DNA of 64,000 nt from Octopus vulgaris (Eukaryota), in the NCBI GenBank assembly GCA_951406725.2, contig OX597826.1, positions 32,426,001 through 32,490,000 on the forward strand, read 5' to 3'. The stretch's first letter is position 1, and each line of letters begins with the position of its first letter. The notes under the pieces are model-generated. The model had not been told where the DNA came from and searched no databases. It saw only the letters and a list, made by a program, of their open reading frames with translations. The translations under genes were made by a program, and so were the position numbers. Positions 26,141 to 41,695 of this stretch are shown in pieces.

Positions 26141-26229
26141 CTCTGATTCTTTCCATGCTGATTCCTTTTTATGATCACATTTAATTAGTACTTTAATCAG
26201 TGAAAAATAATTATCAAAAATCTATATAA

Positions 26230-26480
26230 TAACCCTTTGTCATATTGTAGATTCATCTGGTTCTCAGAAAGGAAACCATTCATTTCAAAGTCTTTTATCA
26301 TAAATTGAAACTATTCATTGAAATTTTGAGTAAGAATCTTTTATGTTCCAAGCGTCACCAGTTTAAAAATAAAGAAAAACTTATTTTACCAAATCCCATT
26401 AAATTTCCATGATTATTTTCAATAGGGACTGAAATACATAAGCCATGTATTTCATTAGGAATATATTCACAAATGAGAAA
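26230..26480 (+). mobile_element. Diverged relative of the TTAA/CCCTTT MITE at 54585-55100
   Basis: Starts taacccttt; internal ttatgttcc and ttattttac-caaat blocks are shared; right terminus not recognisable. Confidence 0.4.
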
Positions 26481-26593
26481 AACTCACGTAAGCAAAATAA
26501 ATGTCTTGATTTCAATTAAAATCCTCATTTATATCTTGCTTGGAGTGGCAAGCGACACGAAAACTGGAAACATATAACACACACAGTCACACA

Positions 26594-26649
<56 letters not shown>

Positions 26650-27191
26650 CACACACTCACACACACACAGAGTCACACACTCACACATGCAGTGTGTTTG
26701 AGTGTAAGTTCCTGTACATAAAAGCGTGTGTCTGTGTGTCTGTGAGTGAACATGATGTTTCAGTAATGTGAAGAAATCACAAATTCTTAGACCTATTTCT
26801 TCAATTCCCGCACATTTTCAATACTGTCATCGATATTTAAATATACTTGTATTAGAAGTAAGCTTTTGCAGTTCTAGGTAGAGTGAGAACCGTAGAACTG
26901 GAGACTTTCATGTGGTTCCAGTAAAAGACAAGGATGTTGCAAAACTTTGCAAGAACATTGCCAAGAATTACTAAATCTAAAGATAATTGGGAGATGCCGA
27001 CGATCTGTTACGATATATGTAAACATACACAGATATGTACAGTGTTAAGCATACACATACACACACACACGCTCACAAGTATAAACAGACACAAAGAAAC
27101 ATATAACTACACACACAATATATACATATACATGCATAAAAATAGAAACACTGAGACACACACACACTCAAATCTTGTGTGCGTGTGTGTG

Positions 27192-27241
<50 letters not shown>

Positions 27242-27380
27242 GTGGGGAGAAAGGAAGACAGTAATAGACATGGAGTCAGCGTGTTGGAAAAGACTGAAGT
27301 AATCTAAATAAGCATGGGAAATACAGGTGTAACACAGTGATGATGATGATAATGATGTATATAATATATATGAACAATAG

Positions 27381-27432
<52 letters not shown>

Positions 27433-28199
27433 AAGAAAGCAAACGTCTATATATATATATAGACGTTTGCTTTATATATATATATAGATGTATATATATA
27501 TATATATACCTATCCATCTGTGTTTATATCTAATAGAGTGTGTGCATGTGTGTGTGTGTGTGTGGTCTGATTTTCAGAATGGGAACACAGTATCACTCAC
27601 AGTGGTTAGAAGAGGCAATCTAAAGATTTGGCTTCAAGTAAGGTATCCAGTAACAAAACCGTGCCTCAGAAACATTGTCTAAACCCCTACCAGTATGGAA
27701 AAGTGGCTTTAAAAATGAAGCTGATGATGGCAATGATGACAACGTTGATGGTTATGATGCTGATGCTACAGATGGAATTGCCTGTAGACTTTTACTGCTT
27801 TCAGTCATTGGATTGTGGTCGTGTTGAGATGCCAAAATCTTGAAAGGTTTCCTTTGATTATATATCAGTACAAATGGTTTGTCTGATTATTATTTCATGA
27901 TTCTGCTAAAATGGAACAGGGAAAGAATGAGGGTGTAAAATGGCATAACTGACATGTATTGAAATGTCTATCATATTTTTGTTCCATAACCTGCATCTTA
28001 CAATGCCATACCAAATATAACTTGCTGCCTCACCGCTCCCCTCATAGATTCAGCACCCTCATGGTCTCTGTCAACCGAATACCTTTCCACAAGGCTTTGG
28101 TGCATAGGAATCAAGGGTGGAGGAAAATTTCCAAAGGTACCGCACACTGGGAATGGCAGCAAAAGCCTAAAAACCATGTATATGTAAAGTGAATACTTG

Positions 28200-28560
28200 A
28201 GACACACACACATATGTGTGTGTGTGCAGGTGTGTGCATGTGTATGTATGTGTGTGTGTATATGTGCATGGGTGTGTGTACAGTGTGTTTGTATGTACTG
28301 TGTGTGCACGTATATGTATATGTGTATGGATGTGCGATTTTGTGAGTGTGTGTGTGTATGTGTGTGTGCAGGAGCGTGTGTGCATGTGCAAGTGTATTTA
28401 CTATGTGTGTGTATATGTGCATGGGTGTGTACATGTGTGTGTGTACAGTGTGTGTTTGTATGTATTGTATGTGCACATATATGTATATGTGTATGAATGT
28501 GTGTTTTTGTGAGTGTGTGTGTATGTGTGCATGTGCATGCACTTCTCTGTGTGTGTGTAG
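28200..28560. repeat. TG-rich cryptic satellite with a ~150-bp internal duplication
   Basis: Block tgtgtatatgtgcatgggtgtgt...ttttgtgagtgtgtg occurs twice; gives poly-HT/VC ORFs. Confidence 0.8.
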
Positions 28561-28875
28561 GCATATCAGAAACATGAAGCTTGGAGTAAAGGTTAGAAAA
28601 GTTAGCTTTTTGGTTATGAGAAAATATAGGACAAAATAGAGAGTCGTCTAAAATTCCATGAGTCAGAGAAAACAGGCACTTGTACACTGTATTATTATTA
28701 ATAAAGTACAACATTATATTCCCATATCAGCCAATTCAATAACGACAATCATCAGAGTGAGCTGAGAGAAATGGTATAGTGTGGGCTCTTTGCCATTGAG
28801 AGTCATAAAATATACATATATAAGTATATCTTCAAAATATATACATGCATATATGTATGTACATATATGTGTATG

Positions 28876-28921
<46 letters not shown>

Positions 28922-28925
28922 CATG

Positions 28926-28957
<32 letters not shown>

Positions 28958-29017
28958 TATCCTTATGAGTATGTGTATATGATGTGTGTGTGCATATGCA
29001 CACTATATTTGCATATA

Positions 29018-29478
29018 TTTTTTCATTCTTTCATTTATGAAGCCGTTGCACTTTGGCCATGCTTGAGCACTACCTATGCATTTGTGACAGGCATCGCAGC
29101 CTTAATGAGAGAGATTGAAATTGCTGCAGGTGCTCTTGGTTGTGTTTATTTCCATGATGTTGGTTCATTTGTAATCTCAGGTAGATGAATATCCAGGTGT
29201 TTCTTCAATATATTTATATCCACTGTGAGTAGACTTCACAAGTTCTTTGGCACAATATTGTAAAGATGCAGGCCTTTGAGCCCTAAACTTCTGCAGTATC
29301 TGGTCCTCACTTTTGTTAGCAAGAGTAGGTGGGAGCGCTTGGACTCTGCACTGGTGAGGATTTTCATTGATTGGTACAGTTCTCTCTATTGAAGTTTGGT
29401 ATTCAAATATCTTGAAGTATCTTCTCTAGATAGATCACTACATACCATTGCTGTTTTCTCCTCCAGGAAGTGTATTTT
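29018..29478 (-). pseudogene. 3' end of a CR1-group LINE including its tail
   Basis: Minus translation YVVIYLEKILQDI*IPNF...VRTRYCRSLGLKGLHLYNIVPKNL*SL...LKKHLDIHLPEITNEPT...RAPAA matches the CR1-like IY.WKILEG.VPN / GP.LFN.LP..LR / FK..LD.FL..VPDEP C-terminus. Confidence 0.75.
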
Positions 29479-29479
29479 A

Positions 29480-30320
<841 letters not shown>

Positions 30321-31794
30321 CTGTATGGTTATAATTTTTTTTTTCCAAATGGATAAACAAATTTCTTTGAATTCTTAGAAATGATTAAAAAAAAAAGCAC
30401 ATGATAATTAAAAATACCTATCTTTATTCATTAATCCCTGTTTAATTACCATTCCTTGTTTATCGTAACTCTCCACTCCTCAGATTTCTTATCTTCTTTT
30501 TCCTTTTTTTCCTATCATTTTTCTATTTTTTAGTTTTTAAAACTTTTTTATTATTTTCTTTATTTTTCTTTCTTAATTTAGTTTTCTACATTTTTAAAAA
30601 TCTCTTTTTACTCTTTTTTTATATTTTTCTTGTTATCTGTTAAGTTTTCATTGGTACATATGCTTGTGTGTGTTTGAGTGTTTGTACATATCTGTAGCGA
30701 CATACATACATACATGCAGATACATACGTACATACATACACATGCAAACAGATACATGCAGTCATATATAGAGGTATGTATACATGGGTGAATATATTTA
30801 CATATACAAATACACACACACTCAGATACAATCACACATGCACACACACAGACACACATATATATATATATATACATACACACACGTATATGCATGCACA
30901 TATATACATATATATATATAAATATACATGCATAATGCATACTTACACACACATGTATACATACACACATACATGCTCAGGTATACATTAGTTTGCTTTT
31001 CAGTATATACAGCCCAAAACACAGATTCCAGATGAATGATGAAAATTACTGATGAAAACTGATCAACTGTAATTATATTTCTAATTAAACTGAACTAAGT
31101 TGCTTAATTAAGCAAACGAGAATACGAACATTTGAAGCATTGGTTTCAAAAATTTACCTGAGATCAAATCAAAATGCCACTGAATGAAAGACCACCACCT
31201 CTGATGTATAGAAAAAGATTGTTGCTTTAAAACAACACATGAAGATATGAAATAAAGTTGTTTCAATCATCGTTACTGCCTTTTGTTATTTCACAGCCAA
31301 CAGAGGAAAAGAGTTTTTTTTTTCTTTTATGTAAACGATCATATGTGTGTGTGTGTGTGTGTTACAGAGAAATCCTGCTGTTATCTGCTGTCCAGGGGTG
31401 CGTGTTAAGACCCATTCAGGTGAAGTCTTCAAAATATTAGTAGTGTGTGTGGACATGTTTTATTAAAGCTGTGTACCCAACAAATATCGTTTTACTAAAC
31501 TCAGTAGTTTCTTATAAACATACATATATACATGCGTATGTACATACAATCATACATATATTCATTATATTCATACATATGTATGTACATGTATACATAC
31601 ATGCATACATATATACATACACACACACATATATATGCCTGTATATAATCATTTTTGTATATATGTGCCTGTCAATTTATCTATATATCTATCTATCTAC
31701 CCACAGATATACATATCTAAATGAGTGTGTGTGAGTGCATGTGTATTTATGTAACTTTCTGACAATTAAAAAATAAACATATACATACATACAT

Positions 31795-31836
<42 letters not shown>

Positions 31837-32601
31837 TCTCGTATTGTATTTTGCTTCATTTGTTCATTCTGTCACTCTTCTATTCATACATACATACCTA
31901 CATACATACTTACATATATACATACATACATACATATATACATACATACATACGTACATGCATACGTACATACATACGTACGTACATACATGTATACATA
32001 CATACATACATACATACATACATAAATACATATAATAGCCAAAATATATGGAGTACCCCTTTTATTAGAAGTTATGCTTGAGTTTGTAAATGTTCAATAT
32101 ATATATATATATATATAACATATTATTTTCTGTTACTTTAGTGAAGTCAACGTTTAGTTATTAACTTCAGTGAAATCCAAAGTGTCGTGAACAGTAAAAA
32201 TTACAAACTTAAGCAAAACTTAGATAATCAATACCATCTTTTTTTATTCTCATTTTCTTATTATTTTTGTTGGTTTTTTTTCATTGTTTTTGAGTTGTGT
32301 CTTAGATTTTCTTGTTTGTATTTAAAAAAATTTTTTTTTCTGATATATATATATATATATTTAGTTGCAAGAAACCCATGTCCTGACGAGAGGAATGAAA
32401 GTTTGTGTGGTAAGTCATTGTGGTTGGGAAGATTAAAGACTAAAGGCTAAAGATTAATTAATACTAATATCTTAATATTAACATCCACGTTGAAATGAGC
32501 AGGTACATTCTGAGTAATAAAAGAAAGTGAATGAAAAGAATAATAGTTTACTCTGGGGAGGTAACGGTGGCGGTGGCGGCATGTAGGAATGGAGTGAATG
32601 T

Positions 32602-32646
32602 GGGGGAGGGGGTGTAGGGTGGGTGTAGGGTGGGTGTAGGGTGGGG
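32602..32646 (+). other. Putative G-quadruplex (eight G3-5 tracts)
   Basis: GGGGGaGGGGGtgtaGGGtGGGtgtaGGGtGGGtgtaGGGtGGGG. Confidence 0.7.
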
Positions 32647-33036
32647 TTAGATATGTAAGAATGATTGGCATTTACTACTTTTGGGTGTATTTGACTCTTT
32701 GAAGAAATCAGTAAAAAAAGAAAGAAAGAAAGAAAAGATACCGGCTGTGTTGAAGCACACAGAAAAAGTGAAAAAAAAAGTTGTTTTTGTTAATTTTTTT
32801 TGTTCAACTTTTTTTTTATTATTTCCTTTCCTTTTTAGTATTTTTTAAATATTTCCTTTCTGCTTTTTCTTCCTTAGGATTAGAAGTTCTTATAACCAAA
32901 GTAGGAACTAATGAAAGCGAAACTAACAAAAAAAAATAATATATATAAAAAAAAACAAGTATATTAAAAAAAAAAGACTAATTTGCACTGAGTTCATTGT
33001 TTTGGCTTGGAACAGAAAGTAAGGAAAAAGGCGTAC

Positions 33037-33300
33037 CTTTCTGTAGAGGATCCAAGTTTCTGTGTTGTATTCCATAAAGCCGAAGAAGAATACTTTTGTA
33101 AAACTCCAGCATATTTAGCCAACAGTTGTAGCGGAGTAGAGATGGGAAAAGTGAACAACTGGTTGATGTTGTAATTGTTTAAGATGTTGCTGAGGAGGGG
33201 TACAGAGTAGCAGTCACATGCTCCAGCAGTCAGGAATAGAGTCAGCTAATCACAGTGGAGCATTCCTCTACCTCTCTAAGGTTTGTCACTTTATTACCTA
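33037..33300 (-). other. Candidate 5' exon of an unidentified host gene (unverified)
   Basis: Non-repetitive, higher-GC island ending in donor AAG|GTACGC; ATG at 33112 opens MLEFYKSILLRLYGIQHRNLDPLQK to the donor; 5' boundary unknown. Confidence 0.3.
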
Positions 33301-34078
33301 TACGCTGCTTTTCCGTGTGCAAGTGTGCAGCGAGCTGGCTTGCCTGTCTGCCTGCTTGCCTGTCTGCCTGCTCGCCTGCCTGCCTGACTGTCTGTCCATC
33401 TGCCTGCCTGCCTGACTGACTGACTGCCTCGCTGACTGGCTGACAGCCTGCTCGCTTTAGCTCGTTTTAGCTTTTAGCTCTCACTGTTTAGTCAAGGAAC
33501 TTCCGCACGGAACGAGGGAGATTCCAAGTTGAGGACAACATCAGAGCTTAACAAGAAGAAGAAGAAGAAGAAGAAAAGGAAGAAGAAGAAGAGGAAGACG
33601 ATGGCAGGCAGGTGGAGGTCGGGGTGTAGTTAGATAGTTAGATATAGGAAAGAAAAAATAGTAACAAATAACAGACACTAAAAACTAAATATGACAGTTG
33701 GAAAGGAGGTGGAAATTTCTCCTTCCCTCCTCATATATGTTGAGAGAAATATAGAATACGCTACTTTCACTGCTGCTGCTGTTGCTGCTGTTGTTTCTGT
33801 TGTTGTTGTTGCTGCTGTTGCTGCTGCTGCTGCTGTTGTTTCTGTTGCTGCTGTTCCTGCTGTTCCTTCTGCATTGATATTACTACTGGTGCTGCCTAAA
33901 TAGCCTCGGAGTACGAACGAGGGTAGGCCTCGTATTAACTGGCAACCCTGTTACTTCACACAGTCAACAGAATTACTGAAACACACACATACACTCATAG
34001 CATATACATACACAAACAGATGCATCCACACATATGCATATATAAGCACATACATACACACACACATATATATATACA

Positions 34079-34133
<55 letters not shown>

Positions 34134-34924
34134 TTATATATACATAGATATATATGTATGTATATATTGTCAATTAAAGAAGACTTGAGAAGAGATGACA
34201 ACTTTACAGTTTGAAGGATTTGGAAAAAAAGAAAGAGAGAAAAAGAAAAGCCAAAAAGAAAGAAAACATGTAGACACTTAGTGATGTAGTCATGCAGAAA
34301 TGTATATATATATGTTTGTGTGTGTGTGTGTCTGTGTGTGTGTGTGTATGTGTGTGTGTGTGTCTGTGTGTGTGTTTCCACAAATGCACATATGTGTATG
34401 TGTATGTACATTAAGTGTCACATATTTTTATATATACTTTACTTTGCGCATGCATACGTTCTTACGTGTACACATTGAAGCATAAACACCGCAATATTTA
34501 CTCTGTTTAGCATGGAATACAAACTGACATTCACACACACACACGTGCACACATACACATACAAACATACACATACACACACACAGAGAAATACATAAAC
34601 TCACAAGTGTATGCATATTTATGCATTTATACATGTAGATACTTATGTAACTGAACACACAGAAACACACCCACACAAACACACACACACACGCACACCA
34701 AACACACACACACACACATATATGAATAAATAGATGATAAACAGACGGACAGATTTATATGTATACATGTACAACCATACATATACAAATATACAAGCAT
34801 TTATTTACATACATATATGTATATGCATGTACGTACGTATGCATGTATGTATGTATGTTTGTATGTACGTATGTATGTATGTATGTATGTATGTATGTAT
34901 GTATGTATGTATGCACAGTTTCAT

Positions 34925-35450
34925 TATTGATTTGGAGGGGCAGGGGTTGATCTGTGATTGATTTATACAAATTCGATCACTAAATGCAGGAGCTTGTAAG
35001 TGGACACTTGATTTTCTAGAAATAGCAGTCAAATCTACCTCAAATTACACTTTGCCATGTTAACAAAGGACACATTGTGTGCTATGTGATTACAGAGTTC
35101 ACTGCATATAGGAAAAAAAGATGGGATGTCATGGTTGGAGTGCCTTCCATCACTGGTCTACTCGAACTGGGGCTAACAACAGCAACAACAACAACAGCAG
35201 CAACAACAGCAATAACAATAAGCACCAAGCAGTAGCTGCTGTGTGATCACTTGTTCACCCAACATGTTGAAAACTGCAGCCAAATCTCCCTCAAATTATA
35301 CTCTATTCTCTTAAGAAAAGGAAGGACACGTTGTAGTCCTTGATACATTATGCTGGAAAAATGATATTAAAACAAAAATATGTAAAAAGACATGGTTACA
35401 ACTGTTTGTCCATTTGGTCATGGTTGACCTGGGGCTAAAGAACAACAACA
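34925..35450 (-). mobile_element. Family E repeat, two tandem copies ending in (AAC)n
   Basis: aaatagcagtcaaatctacctcaaattacac...tggggctaacaacagc, repeated at 35270-35450. Confidence 0.7.
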
Positions 35451-36239
35451 ATGACGGCAACAACAACAACAACAAACAACACAGAATCTATGATGACCAC
35501 AACAGCAACAACAACCAGTGCCCTCTTCATCAATAATAAATTTCATCTTTTACTGGTGTTGGCCATGCTAGGGCACCGTGATTAGTGTGATTGCTAATAA
35601 TTATTGAAGAAAAAAGAACAAAAAAATTAGAAACTAAACACAAAAAGATTTGTGGCCAAGCTGGGGCACCGCCATTAGTGTGATTACTAATAAAATGGAA
35701 AAAAATACACATACGTATAAAGAAATGCCACAAAACAATGAATTGTAAAAATATAAGCCACCCCCACCTCATCCTTAGTGTCCCCTTAAGAGAAAAGGAA
35801 AAAGAAAATACAATAAAAGAATTCTTCCCATTTATTTCTCATCTCTGAAGGCAGAGTAATTTAAAATCATAGCAAAAAGAGAGAAAAAATATTATTTTTA
35901 TTCTTTATAAAAATATATTTTTTATTTAACAACATCATGTAAGTCTTGGAACTCACTTCTCATGCTTTCTTTCTCTTTCACTGCCTCTCTCTCTCTCTCT
36001 CTCTCTCTTTCTATCTATCTATCTTTCTCTCTGCCTTAAGGGTTTTTTTCTATCCATCTGCCCTTCTGTCTATCTATCAATCTATCAATTATCTATCATC
36101 AATCTAGCACAGAAACTAATAGATTTTTAAAGCCAGGTGTCTTTGTCATGGGAGAGTCTCTTTAATAAATGTCTTTTAATCTTTTGGCCCAAAATTGGAC
36201 ATTTTCCTATCACACACACACGTATATATATATATATAA

Positions 36240-36284
<45 letters not shown>

Positions 36285-36931
36285 AACAAGCATTCACACA
36301 TACATATATCTACATATATGCACACACACGCACACACACACATATATATATATATATAAATATATATATACATATATATTTACATATATTCATATATACC
36401 AATACATACATAGATACATATATATATTTACATATGTATGTGTCTGATATATAAGATTGTACATGTATATATGTATGTGTCTTTATAAATATATTTATGA
36501 GTGTGTGTGTGCGCGTGTGTGTGTGTTTGCATATAGATGCACACACCACATGCGTATTCAATACACAGTGAGTAGTTTTATTTAGGAAGATATTCCTGTG
36601 TAAACCGTAGGATATCAAGTTTCAATTAAATGAGAGAAGAGGATATCAACTAAAAGGTAATGCCTCCTCTCACTCTCTCTCTCTCTCTCTCTCTCGCCTT
36701 CTGTGTGTATATGTGTGTATGTGTTTGTTTTGTGCATATGAACGCATGTATATATGCATGCCTGCACATATTTATTTCTATAAACTGAGACTCATATACA
36801 TAAACATTAAAATACATACATACATACATACATACATGCATAAATCCATATATACATACATACATACATACATACATACATACATACATACAAACATAAA
36901 TATACACAGAAATATGTATAAGAGAAATGAT

Positions 36932-37002
<71 letters not shown>

Positions 37003-37111
37003 TAAATAGTTGAGTGTCAGTGTATCTAGGTAATTAGATATACACATGTACATATATACATATATATATATATATATGTATACACACACACATACACACA
37101 CTTATATATAT

Positions 37112-37149
<38 letters not shown>

Positions 37150-37524
37150 ATATATGTATACACATATATATATATGAATAGATTCAGTGATATATTTATA
37201 AATGGATGTATACGTTCAGTAATTAGAGACATGTGTGAGTGTGTATATTCAGAGAAAGAAATAATGAGAGAAGGAGAGACAGACAGCGAAAATGAAATAC
37301 AACGCAGAGGAAGAAAGACAGAAATTAATAGGAATTGATAAGCAGAAACGTAAAGTGAAGAGAAGGAAAGAAAGAAAGGAAGATAGAAACATATAACACT
37401 CTTGTATGTATACCTTTCTGATGTTAGTGTTTAGTTTAAGCTTAATTTTCCTTTACTCTGGGATTATTGAGTAAGTATTGCTAGTAATCTGCTCATATAT
37501 ATATATACACACACACACATATAT

Positions 37525-37628
<104 letters not shown>

Positions 37629-38672
37629 ATATATATTTGGATATATAGACGTGTTGTATATGTGTATTTGTATATATATGTATGCGTATATATCATCTCG
37701 TTAACTGACTTGACAAAAAGAGAAAGACTGCATGCTGTCACGGTGTATGTATATAGATAGACAGCAGTGTGGGAGTTTTGTTGTTGGCGAAAGAAGCTGC
37801 TGTGTCTGTGTGTTGGAATCGGTGAACGAGAAAGTAGAAGCCGTATGAGAGCTGTTTCTTACTCTTGACTTTACAAGATGTTGAATGAATGTATTAAAGG
37901 ATAAATAAATACAAAATAATAATGATAATAATGATGATGATGATGATAATAATAATAATAACAATAATAATAATAATGATAATAATAATAATGATAATAA
38001 TAATGATAATAGTTGTAAAACCTCATTTGGAAAAGTGAATGAGAGGTAATAGAAAGTGGGTGAATGATGACAGAATGGAAGAGTAAGATTGGAGAGTGTG
38101 GAGAGAAAGAAGGCTACAAAGAGAAAGAGAGAGGAAACTATACGGCATCGACATAAGTTCGAGGGGATGAATAGCAGCAATGTTTTGTTAAATCTTCATT
38201 ATTATAATTCCTTAATCAATAATAATTGTTTTGTTCCTTATCATTTTTGATAATGAAATTTGGATAGCATAGCCCAAAAAATATTTTTTAAAATAAAATA
38301 AATGGACAAGTGAGGGAAGCAAAACTGTCTTGCATTATGTTAATGTATAAATATTATAAACATCTATTCCTGATATAAACAAAACATTATTGACATATTA
38401 GTTTAACGGAGATGATGATATTTATAAGGGATCTAACGAAGCAAGGGTAGTAGTGTATAGTGAACAATATATGTATGTGGTATATATTTTAGTTATATGT
38501 ATACTATGTGTAATGACCCACAAATGAGGAGTGTGACAGCACGTCCTCAAAATAAAAACAAAAGACAACAGTTAAATATCGCTAATCACTAATAACTTTA
38601 ATAATTGTAAAACAAATCAAATGGCTGTTTGAGGTAAATAAAGCATACACACACACATGTATATATAGATAG

Positions 38673-38730
<58 letters not shown>

Positions 38731-38899
38731 TTTGTTATATATATATACTTTGTTATATATATATATATATACTTTGTTATATGTATATATGTGTGTGAGT
38801 AGCTAGCTATCTACTTATCTACCTATCTATTTTTCTTCCTTTCTTTCTATCTATCTATCTATCTACCTATCTATCTATCTGCCTATGTATGTATGTATG

Positions 38900-38962
<63 letters not shown>

Positions 38963-39547
38963 TTATCTCTGTATACAGCTATATATTATATAGTATATAT
39001 TTCAAAACTGAAATTTCAAACTGCTGGGGAGAAAGATAGATAGAAAGAAATACAAAGTGGCAGAGAGAATCGTATTTCTCTACTAAGAAAATATATTTTT
39101 ATTGTTGATAATAACATTCTAAGTAAGCTTGGCTAAAATTAAGATATTTGCAATGTTCAGATTCAGTTTCCTTAGATCTGTGTTCAAATCAGGCATGTGT
39201 CAGTTACTTACTCTTCATTTAATTAGGAGGGATAAATTGTTTACGAATAGCATGTATGTTATATATACAGACAATTTATACATATAAGCATACACACACA
39301 CACACACACACACATACACACATGCAGGTTCAACAACAAGGGGTACATAATTGTTTCAACCTGTTAGAAACAACAACCAAATCTCTTTCAAATCACACCC
39401 TGCTGTTTTTAATAAAGTGGGGAGAAACACTTTCGGCAATGTAATTATAAATGTAGGAAAAAGATGGGATGAAATACTTTCGATTATGGGTCTGTTTAAA
39501 CAGGGCTGACATCATCATCATCATCTATTGACAAATAATGATAACAA

Positions 39548-39781
39548 GGGTTTCAAATTTTGGCATGAGTCTAGCAATTTTGGGCAGTGAGGCGGGCAGG
39601 GGTCGATTACATAATCCCCAGTGCTTGACAAGCACATTGTTTTATCAACCCTGAAAGAACAAAAGGTAAAGTTGACCTCCACAGTATTTGAACCCTGAAT
39701 GTAAGGAGCTGGAAGAAATGTCACTAAGCATTTGTCCTATGCACTAACATTCCAACCAGCTCACTACTTTAATAATAATAA

Positions 39782-39815
<34 letters not shown>

Positions 39816-39831
39816 GGTGGTGGTGGTGGAG

Positions 39832-39879
<48 letters not shown>

Positions 39880-40098
39880 ATTCTCTCTAATTTTGGCTCA
39901 AGGTCAACAATTTTCAAGAGAGGTGCAAGTTCGTTACATTGATCCCAATACTCAACTGGTTGTTTATTTGTTGACCCTGGAAGAATGAAAGATAAAGTCG
40001 ACCTCAGTGAAATTTGATCTCAGAACCTAAACAGCTGGAAGGAATAACATTAACCATTTTATCCAATATGCTAAGGATTTTGCCATTTCACCACCTTA
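39548..40098 (-). mobile_element. Two family B SINEs separated by (AAT)(AGT)(GGT) microsatellite
   Basis: aaagttgacctc/aaagtcgacctc and atttgaaccctgaa/atttgatctcagaa motifs, reverse complement of family B. Confidence 0.8.
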
Positions 40099-40134
40099 AC
40101 AACAACAACAACAACAAAAACAACAACAACAATA

Positions 40135-40691
40135 AATGCCCTGATGCAGTACCAGGCAGTGGCTCTCATGGCTTCTGATCTCAACTGATTGGAAGTGTTA
40201 TCATGTACATTGTTTTGTCTTAGTATAAAAGATGGGCTACAGCAAATATTCTGCTCAATACCACAGATTTGCTTGTCAGTTGTTTGACCTTAACCAGTTG
40301 ACCATGTCCCTTAGTGGCTGACACTATGTGCATCTCTGATCACATGCAGAAGTAGTAGGAGAGCATCATAGCCATGTGTTGAGAGGGATTCTTGGAGGTT
40401 TGGATAATTCACCTCTGGAAACATGGGTGATTCATTCAATATCCTTTAACAATCCTTATTCAGGGACCTTTTGAGTGGGATGGGTTACTCGACCAGAAGA
40501 AAATTCTAACTGGGCCCCACCTGCAAGGTCATGCGCTGTTTATCTTGATATGAGATCACCATGTCATGCACATTTGGTTGTGATGCATGTGTCTGGTGCA
40601 CCATTATCAGACGAGTAGTCATGATGGGTATACTGGGCTTCGTATATTTTACCCTAGTGTCACTTTGATGGCATGCACTGCTCTCTCACTC
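40135..40691. mobile_element. ~555-bp non-coding element between an (AAC/AAT)n and an (AAT)n tract
   Basis: Sharp switch to near-balanced composition bounded by trinucleotide repeats; recalled as an abundant octopus repeat but single copy here. Confidence 0.55.
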
Positions 40692-40703
40692 AATAATAAT
40701 AAC

Positions 40704-40816
<113 letters not shown>

Positions 40817-40957
40817 GAAGAAGAAGAAGAAGAAGAAGAAGAATTGTAAATATAAGGGCTTTTCACTGCTAAAATTTCAAGTAATTTTTTAAAAATTGAA
40901 ATGTTATTTTATTTTTGTGATTAGCAAAGCATGGTTGTAAGTTATATATGCATACAT

Positions 40958-41110
40958 CAGCCATGAGCAGACCATGGCCTGTGTGGCCCATGGGACTTTC
41001 TGAAGAGCACAACACTAACAAATTACTTTGAATGTTTTAGCTGTGTGGCCCACCTGATGGTGAGCGATGTGCCATGCAGCCTACTTCTCACAAAAGGTTG
41101 CCCAATCCTG
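40958..41110. mobile_element. Degenerate hAT-type MITE
   Basis: Left CAGCCATGAGCAGACC vs right GGTTGCCCAATCCTG imperfect TIRs; flanks gcatacat / gtatatgt may be a decayed 8-bp TSD. Confidence 0.5.
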
Positions 41111-41380
41111 GTATATGTGTATACGTGTTTGTATGTGTGTGTGTCTGTGTGTGTGCATGCATACAGTAATGTATGTAGCAGAGAAATTGATTTGATGGCC
41201 TTATATTACAAGAAATTCTCTTTAATGATCATATATAGTTTTTTCAGTATGTGCATGTGTAATGCAGTGTGTGTATGTGTGTGTGTGTGTGGTATGATGT
41301 ATGTGTATGTGAGTGTGTGTGTGGTATTATGTATGTGTATGTGAGTGTGTGTGTATTACACACACACATGCACACACATA

Positions 41381-41695
41381 CTGGCACTCCATAGATTACG
41401 ACAACGAGGGTTCCAGTTGATCCAATCAGCGGAACATTCTACTCGTGAAATTTGCTGAGCATTCCACAGACATGCACACACTTGAAGTTCTCAGGGAGAT
41501 TCAGTGTGACACAGAATATGACTAGGTTGGCCCCTTTTGAATTACTGGTACAGCTCATTTTTTCCAGCTGAGTGGAGTGGAGCAATGTGAAATAAAGTGG
41601 TTCATTCTAGGTCGCATTGTACCACCAAGGAATTGAACTCATGTCCTTTTGAACGTTAACTGAATACCCTAACCAATTGGCCATGTGCCTTTACA
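41381..41695 (-). mobile_element. Family D SINE
   Basis: Colinear with 22497-22792. Confidence 0.8.

Noticed and set aside
27998-28714. 238-aa His/Thr-rich ORF resembling a metal-binding protein
   Set aside because: Translation of a CA/TG satellite, open in multiple frames on both strands
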